From Allobaculum fili (GTDB taxonomy: Bacteria; Bacillota_I; Bacilli_A; Erysipelotrichales; Erysipelotrichaceae), in NCBI RefSeq assembly GCF_020969955.1, contig NZ_JAHDSX010000003.1:1-32000 (forward strand): DNA of 32,000 bases, read 5' to 3'. Each line of letters begins with the position of its first letter. Positions within the stretch are counted from its first letter, which is position 1. A program made the translations under genes and the position numbers. Positions 7,739 to 12,942 of the stretch are shown here, one piece after another. The notes below the pieces were generated by a model. That model was given only the letters and a program-made list of their open reading frames with translations, was not told the origin of the DNA and made no database searches.

Positions 7739-9502
7739 TTATTTCGTCCCGTACCAGCTGATGCCTTCTGCGACCCATCCAAGACGGCCGAGCGCCTGAT
7801 TTTCTTGACTGGACTTTGTGAAATTGTGCGCACCGGCTTTCGCGTTCGGATTGTACTGCCGATAAATCGGGACGCCTTTGGCGGGATCGGAATACCAGCC
7901 GATCTTTTCGTAAATCCAGCCGGCTCGCACCAGACCGTCTTTTTCCGCTTCACTGAGCGTGTAATGATGATCGCCCGCGTTCGGATTGTACAGACGATAG
8001 ACAGGCAGCTCGGACTGCACAGGGGCCGTCCACCCTTCTCCTTCATACGTCCATCCCATCTGCACTAAGGCGTCGCGCTCCACCGCGCTTTCCGTATAAA
8101 AGTGTTCGCCAGAATTCGGGTTGTACAGGCGCTGCAGATTCACCCGCTCCGCGCTCGCTCTGGAGTAGCCGGTCCATTGCGCTTCCAGACGAAGCGGTTC
8201 TTCGCTGTCGTCACCAAGCGTATGGATCACGGCGCCATCCGGGATTTGTACCGGAGAATAGCCGGCACCGCGCGCATTTGGAATGGTGTCGAAATAGCGC
8301 AGATCTCCCCGAAGGGTGCCGTCACTGGAACAGAGAATCTGTCCGTTGGGACGGTAAACGAGCCAGCCGTTAAACGCCATCGCGTCATGGATAAAGGTAC
8401 AGGCGGGAATTTGCGTACCGCCCTCGCCTAGCGAAACCAAAATCGGCTCCATGGTTCCCTGTCCGATGCCCGGATCGAACGAGAGCGTCCGTGTTTTTTC
8501 CTTCCAGACAGCACGCAGTTCGATGTCATCGCCGCTCTGGGCTAAAGGCTGCCCGAAATCGGAGGGCGTCAGACTTTCCCACGAAGCGACGACAGCCAGT
8601 TTCCAGCCTTCCTGCTGCGCCTGCACAGGATCTGCAAAATAGGCCCGGGTTCCATTTTTCTCGTACAGACTTTCGCTGCTGGTGAGCCTGGATACCGTCC
8701 ATCCTGCGAACTGATAGCCAGGGCGCCAAAGCGCACCGTCTCCGAGCGTATAGGGCGTATCGATCGGAACGATTTTCGCATTCGGACTTCCCTGTCCGCC
8801 GTTGGCATTGTAATGAAGGACATACGCCTTCGGTGTCCAGTAATGCAGAACTTCGGAGGCGCGGACCGTACGGGAATGGTCAATCCGGCACAAGGCTCCA
8901 TAGTTGGCTTCGAGAATCGACAGCTGATCGCCGTTTACGTTCCAGACAAAGGCGGTATGCCCGCTCATACGGATCACATCGCCTGCCCGAATGCCTTCGT
9001 TTCCAACCACATACCGGGTACCGATCCGCGAGCTGCGCAAATAGCCATGGCACTTGTAATAACAGAGGTAGGCAAAGCCGGCGCACTGCACGCCCTGATC
9101 GAAGCTGTTGCATTTGACGCTTCCGCTGCGCGAACCATGATCCGAACACGGAACGTCCGTCGTACTGGTCAGGGAATAGGCCGAATCCGGACTGAAATGG
9201 TTCCAGCAGCGCCCCTGCGGCAAATCCCGCCGCAGCTGATTCACACGCTCTTCGAACGTCCCTTCATACGGCTGTACGTCTTTTTCCCGGCTGGAAAATT
9301 CAAATTTTCGATCTTCTTCCCCTAAAAGACTCGCATCGATATTGTAAACGGGTTCGGGATACGCATACGTCAGTCCTGAATCGTCTTCTTTGGCCTGAAT
9401 CTGCATTCGATGACTCTGGAGCGCGGGAGAAATTTCCAGACTGAGCGCCATCGAAACACTCATCAGAACGAGGGCCAGTCGCTTGAGAATCGGATACTTC
9501 AT
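7739..9502 (-). CDS. Secreted multidomain protein: signal peptide, CHAP/NlpC-P60-like cysteine amidase, two Listeria-Bacteroides (Flg_new) repeats, and three C-terminal YNPN...GW repeats (DUF5648-like putative wall-binding module)
   Basis: 587 aa from MKYPILKRLALVLMSVSMALS, with AGGAGAAAG SD. Papain-fold signature QCAGFA ... AGDVIRMSGHTAFV ... LEANYG. GYQFAGWTV and AFNGWLV repeat motifs. Three copies of RLYNPNxGxHxYT...GWxxEGxxW. Confidence 0.75.
   Translation of the reverse strand: MKYPILKRLALVLMSVSMALSLEISPALQSHRMQIQAKEDDSGLTYAYPEPVYNIDASLLGEEDRKFEFSSREKDVQPYEGTFEERVNQLRRDLPQGRCWNHFSPDSAYSLTSTTDVPCSDHGSRSGSVKCNSFDQGVQCAGFAYLCYYKCHGYLRSSRIGTRYVVGNEGIRAGDVIRMSGHTAFVWNVNGDQLSILEANYGALCRIDHSRTVRASEVLHYWTPKAYVLHYNANGGQGSPNAKIVPIDTPYTLGDGALWRPGYQFAGWTVSRLTSSESLYEKNGTRAYFADPVQAQQEGWKLAVVASWESLTPSDFGQPLAQSGDDIELRAVWKEKTRTLSFDPGIGQGTMEPILVSLGEGGTQIPACTFIHDAMAFNGWLVYRPNGQILCSSDGTLRGDLRYFDTIPNARGAGYSPVQIPDGAVIHTLGDDSEEPLRLEAQWTGYSRASAERVNLQRLYNPNSGEHFYTESAVERDALVQMGWTYEGEGWTAPVQSELPVYRLYNPNAGDHHYTLSEAEKDGLVRAGWIYEKIGWYSDPAKGVPIYRQYNPNAKAGAHNFTKSSQENQALGRLGWVAEGISWYGTK
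7742..8137 (-). repeat. Copy A of a dispersed ~390-bp module encoding the triple YNPN/GW repeat (paralogous to 23825-24214)
   Basis: Long shared nucleotide runs with copy B, e.g. cgcgttcggattgta, atcggaataccagccgatcttttcgta and gagcgtgtaatg.tgatcgcccgc. The protein segments are clearly collinear. Confidence 0.8.
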
Positions 9503-9518
9503 ACATCTTTCTCCTGTC

Positions 9519-9565
9519 AAAAAGACAGGTCAGATTATGGATTGGAAATAAATCATCTGACCTGT
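9519..9565 (-). terminator. Terminator-like hairpin inside the 5' leader of the CHAP gene, overlapping an SD-sequestering hairpin
   Basis: Minus strand reads ACAGGTCAGAT (19-nt loop) ATCTGACCTGT, then CTTTTTGA. This is a perfect 11-bp stem whose 3' arm ends about 23 nt before the ATG. An alternative hairpin, CCTGTC-TTTTT-GACAGG (9513-9529), shares the 3' arm and includes the first two Gs of the GGAG SD. Confidence 0.55.
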
Positions 9566-9993
9566 ACAAAAATTGTTGCATTTTCGGAAAATGGCGCGGC
9601 GAACCGTTCTTCGCGTCCATTTTCGGGAAAATCTGCCCGGATTTTCCTTTTCTGGCTGGGAATTATGGCATTACTTTTAATTCGTTGCGGACATCTCTAA
9701 ACCTGATTTTATGAGCAATTCGGACATTTCTTAACTAAGATTCTCTATTATTCCACCCGATTTGTTAAATTGGTTGATCTTTTAAAAATTTAGTATACAC
9801 ATTGTCACTATCGTAATTCATTTGTGCCTTCATAATTATTTTTAACTTTATTATCAGACCCGCTTTTTCACCCTCTGAGAGGACCAAAAAGAAAACGTTC
9901 CGGGTTTCTGTACCGTTATACGGTTCAGAATCCGAAACGTGTATTCCGGCTCGTCCTTCCTTTTCAAACCGGTTTCTGATTTTAAACTCGACC

Positions 9994-10033
9994 AAAAGAA
10001 AAGCAGCCCTTCCGAAAAAACGGTCAGGACTGC
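9994..10033 (-). terminator. Intrinsic terminator after the CBM9-like lipoprotein gene
   Basis: On the minus-strand RNA: 8-bp stem GCAGUCCU / AGGGCUGC (one G-U), 16-nt loop, then TTTTCTTTT. Confidence 0.6.
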
Positions 10034-10085
10034 CTTGTGGATGTATTTCAAACGACAGGCCGTCTGCGGTCTGGAACAGATCGTG

Positions 10086-10907
10086 CTATTTCAGGATACG
10101 GAATTCACCGAAGGAAGAATCGACATGATAGTCCGGTTCTTCGGTTTTTGGATCTACCCAGGAAATCCATTCCATGACGGTATCGTCGCCTTCTTTTTCC
10201 GGAGACGAGAATTCGGCACGGTATACGCCTGTGCGCATCGTTCCATCTTCCTTAAGAAGGTTCAGATCTTTCAGCGTGCTCAGCGGCACTTTGCCTTCGA
10301 CAACGTAGCCATCGTCGGTCTGTACGCCAGCGGTTTCAAGACCTTCAAGATTCCAGGTTCCGTCAAAGTGGCGATAGTACTCGATGGAATAGTCATGAAC
10401 GCGTCCCTTCGGGTCGATTTCTACACCGTAGTAGAGCGGCATGCCTTTGGGTGTCGGCAGGTCTACCGGTCCCTGCGCGAGAAAGATTTCTACGCGGTCT
10501 TCCGCATCGACTGTACTTTCATCGTCTTTCCAGTCTTCTTCCACGAGGACTTCCGGATCGGTAACTTCAAACATGAAGTACAGATCGGTTCCGTCGTTGT
10601 ACGCTTCGAATACCGTTACCGGCGCTTCTTTATCTGCCCATGGATAGAAGAAGGATCCGGAGATATTCTGTACGCTCGACCAGACGTCTTCGTCGATCTT
10701 GCCGTCGATCGTCGCTGCTTCGTCTCGTTTTACGACATCATAGTGCGGCGTGGTGGCCTGGTTTGGAATGGCAGCGGAAACGGCCGCTTTTTCCTTTCCT
10801 TCCGAAGCTGAAGCGTCGGTCGGCGTTTTGGCCGCCGGCGTTGTAGAGCAGCCGGCAAGAAGCAGCAGCGCGCCGGCGCCCAGAGTAAGTTTTCGCAGAG
10901 TGTTCAT
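10086..10907 (-). CDS. Lipoprotein with CBM9/DOMON-like carbohydrate-binding domain
   Basis: 273 aa with signal peptide and lipobox LLLAGC, and AGGAGGAAAAAG SD. CBM9-like pattern (DGKIDEDVW, DLYFMFEVTDPEV, DRVEIFL, YYGVEIDPKG, DDGYVVEGKVPL). Confidence 0.65.
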   Translation of the reverse strand: MNTLRKLTLGAGALLLLAGCSTTPAAKTPTDASASEGKEKAAVSAAIPNQATTPHYDVVKRDEAATIDGKIDEDVWSSVQNISGSFFYPWADKEAPVTVFEAYNDGTDLYFMFEVTDPEVLVEEDWKDDESTVDAEDRVEIFLAQGPVDLPTPKGMPLYYGVEIDPKGRVHDYSIEYYRHFDGTWNLEGLETAGVQTDDGYVVEGKVPLSTLKDLNLLKEDGTMRTGVYRAEFSSPEKEGDDTVMEWISWVDPKTEEPDYHVDSSFGEFRILK

Positions 10908-11021
10908 TTTTCTTTTTCCTCCTGCTTTTCTTACCCCTAGTATAGGTGCGCCTCTTCAACACCTGTAAGCGTTTTCTGACTATTCCATTTTAGTGACCAA
11001 AGAAGCCACTGAAAATCCAAG

Positions 11022-11056
11022 GCATCGCCAAAAATCGCCATATAAATCGCCATATA
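11022..11056. repeat. Three direct ATCGCCA repeats at about one-helical-turn spacing (candidate regulator binding sites)
   Basis: ATCGCCA at 11024-11030, 11034-11040 and 11046-11052. The last two are embedded in a tandem AAATCGCCATAT unit. The repeats lie 55-90 bp upstream of a candidate TTACAG-18-TATACT promoter of the 10907 gene (minus strand). Confidence 0.5.
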
Positions 11057-11171
11057 TAGACATTTTAAAAACCTATGTTAAGACATTATCATCCAATTTG
11101 TTTGATTCTTTTGCCTTATGATTTTTTCAAAAGGTATACATTAAAAATTCAGCACATCGCTTTTTTCTGGC

Positions 11172-11693
11172 TTAGCGGCGCCCTGCCGGAGCGCGCCGGT
11201 CGAATCGTTTACACAGCCCGCGAAGCGGCAGAAACAGAAAAAACGTCACGACCATATTGGCCACGCCATGGACCAGATCAAAAGGAAGACCCGCCACCCA
11301 CCACGAAAAGGCAGCGGATACGCCATTGAACAGTCCAAAAATCAGCGCAAACCAGAACCCGAAGGAAAAGCCAAAAACGCCAGCCAGCAGACTCCAGAAC
11401 CAGATCGATCGGATGCGACGGCAGGCATAGGCCACGTCAAAGAGAAGCGGCCAGACCAGGACATAGCCCATATTCCAGACGCCGGCTCCCCAGACGAGCA
11501 GTTCGCAGACGATATAGACACAGATCGCCAGAAAGCCTTTCTTTCCCAGACAGCAGCCGGCCACCAGAACGAGCAGCGTAACCGGTTCAATATTGGGCAG
11601 GGACGCCATCGCCATTTTCAGAGCGAACATCAGAGCGCCGTAAAGCGCGCCAAAGCAGGCATCGTAAAGCAGGGTGCGGGACTTACTGCTCAT
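11172..11693 (-). CDS. Polytopic membrane protein, ECF-transporter S-component-like (candidate cobalamin/corrinoid-specific)
   Basis: 173 aa from MSSKSRTLL, about 5-6 hydrophobic helices, small size typical of S components. The start overlaps the DUF4430 stop (ATGAGCAGTAA). Confidence 0.5.
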   Translation of the reverse strand: MSSKSRTLLYDACFGALYGALMFALKMAMASLPNIEPVTLLVLVAGCCLGKKGFLAICVYIVCELLVWGAGVWNMGYVLVWPLLFDVAYACRRIRSIWFWSLLAGVFGFSFGFWFALIFGLFNGVSAAFSWWVAGLPFDLVHGVANMVVTFFLFLPLRGLCKRFDRRAPAGRR

Positions 11694-12132
11694 AGGACCA
11701 TGTGTAGACGGCATCGTTTTCCGGCTGAATCGAACTTACGCCCGTCTGGGCGTCTTCGCCGTTGATCTGCAGTTTCCACCAGGCACCCTTTTCGGCCTTT
11801 TCCCCATCGACTTCGGTCACAAAAAGGCCGTACTGACTTTGTTCGCCCGCAATCCATCCCTGCTCGAGAAGCGCGTCGGCCAGATTGGAGGCATTCGTAG
11901 TGAGCTGAATCTGCTTGCCTGTCCCATCCTGATGCATCACATGCATGGTAAAAGTAACCGTCTCATTGACCGGGGCATTACTTGAAAGGGAGGTACTCGA
12001 ACTTTCCTGCAGGGACGATGAACGAACCGCATACGAATCCGCAGCGGATTCTGCATGCGAACAGGCGCCCATAAGCAGCGAAGCACAAAGAAGAACACCC
12101 GCACCGTATGTGCGAAGGACAGATTTTTTCAT
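11683..12132 (-). CDS. DUF4430-domain lipoprotein (transcobalamin-beta-domain-like)
   Basis: 149 aa with signal peptide and lipobox-like LLMGAC, a Ser-rich linker, and a C-terminal domain (GLFVTEVDGEKAEKGAWWKLQINGEDAQTGVSSIQPENDAVYTWSY) typical of DUF4430. Confidence 0.65.
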   Translation of the reverse strand: MKKSVLRTYGAGVLLCASLLMGACSHAESAADSYAVRSSSLQESSSTSLSSNAPVNETVTFTMHVMHQDGTGKQIQLTTNASNLADALLEQGWIAGEQSQYGLFVTEVDGEKAEKGAWWKLQINGEDAQTGVSSIQPENDAVYTWSYEQ

Positions 12133-12183
12133 AACGAAGATTCCTTTCCAAAGACACGGCTTTCCAGAACAAATTCACTCTCT

Positions 12184-12208
12184 TCTGCAGACATCGTCTG
12201 CAGATTTT
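12184..12208. promoter_or_regulatory. Perfect 9-3-9 palindrome TCTGCAGAC-ATC-GTCTGCAGA followed by TTTT, in the divergent intergenic region
   Basis: Read directly from the sequence. It sits between the DUF4430 start (12132, minus) and the MetH-operon start (12250/12271, plus). Either an operator candidate or a plus-strand terminator-like hairpin. Confidence 0.5.
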
Positions 12209-12249
12209 CGTACGCCGTCGGCTTCTACAAGAGTTAGCCTGTTTAAACC

Positions 12250-12942
12250 ATGCTCATTATAATGGAATTCATGAAATGGACGGAAAATTTGAAGCAGACG
12301 GCCCTGCGCTATTGTCACGTACCCAAAGCGGCCGTTTCGCGCTATGAACCGCTGCTAGAAGAGCTGCGGCATCCGCTGCAGGAAAATACGCATTTTCGCT
12401 TTATCTTTCGCGTTTTTGATCTCGAACGCAATGGAGATTCGATCTCTGTAGATCAGGGGCGAATCGTCCTGAGCGGCCGTATGGCTCAGAGTCTGCTTGC
12501 ACACTGCGAGAAAGTTCTGATTCTCGGGGCAACGCTTTCTGGCGATTTTGACCGGCAGCTTTCTCAATTTGAAGTACAGAACAGTGCGAAAGCTCTGGTT
12601 TTTGACGCACTTGGAAGCGCTTTGATCGACGAAGAACTCGACGCCTGCACAAAAGAGCTGCAGCAGAAGCTTCCTGGCTGGTATTTCAGCGATCGCTTTT
12701 CGTGCGGATACGGCGATCTGCCGCTTTCTTTACAAAGCGATCTGGCTGAACTCTTAAAGCTTGCACAGACGATTGGCGTACACGTTCTGCCTTCCCGCAT
12801 GATGGTTCCGACCAAATCCGTTACCGCATTCATCGGGCTGAGCCGCACGCCCCTTCCTGCAAAAATCCGCGGCTGCGCGTACTGCCCGCTTCGCCCAGAC
12901 TGCAAATATCTTAAAGGAGGACTTCGCTGCTATGAAAACTGA
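12250..12942 (+). CDS. Stand-alone vitamin-B12-dependent methionine synthase activation-domain protein with a C-terminal Cys cluster
   Basis: 230 aa (or 223 aa if the start is ATG 12271). RFSCGYGDLPL resembles the AdoMet-binding motif of the MetH activation domain. C-terminal CAYCPLRPDC. The stop overlaps the metH start by 11 nt. None of the three candidate ATGs has an SD. Confidence 0.7.
   Translation: MLIIMEFMKWTENLKQTALRYCHVPKAAVSRYEPLLEELRHPLQENTHFRFIFRVFDLERNGDSISVDQGRIVLSGRMAQSLLAHCEKVLILGATLSGDFDRQLSQFEVQNSAKALVFDALGSALIDEELDACTKELQQKLPGWYFSDRFSCGYGDLPLSLQSDLAELLKLAQTIGVHVLPSRMMVPTKSVTAFIGLSRTPLPAKIRGCAYCPLRPDCKYLKGGLRCYEN

Noticed and set aside
9566-9760. Possible c-di-AMP (ydaO-type) riboswitch upstream of the wall hydrolase.
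   Set aside because: By eye I could not find the conserved GGGGA / ACCCG / CCGAA-type cores or the pseudo-twofold layout. This needs a covariance-model scan to be certain.
9963-9978. 16-nt exact match TTCAAACCGGTTTCTG, also present at 31603-31618 inside sufD.
   Set aside because: A single 16-mer coincidence is roughly what chance predicts in a 32-kb two-strand comparison. There is no extended similarity on either side.
9765-9995. 76-aa ORF in the AT-rich island.
   Set aside because: No SD. The start lies inside the T-run of the upstream terminator, and I recognise no motif. It is kept only as part of a low-interest finding.
12133-12249. Cobalamin riboswitch or S-box/T-box controlling the DUF4430 pair or the metH operon.
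   Set aside because: The region is only 117 nt, too short for these elements, and lacks their conserved cores. The isolated GCCACTG at about 11004-11010 is on the wrong strand and in the wrong context.
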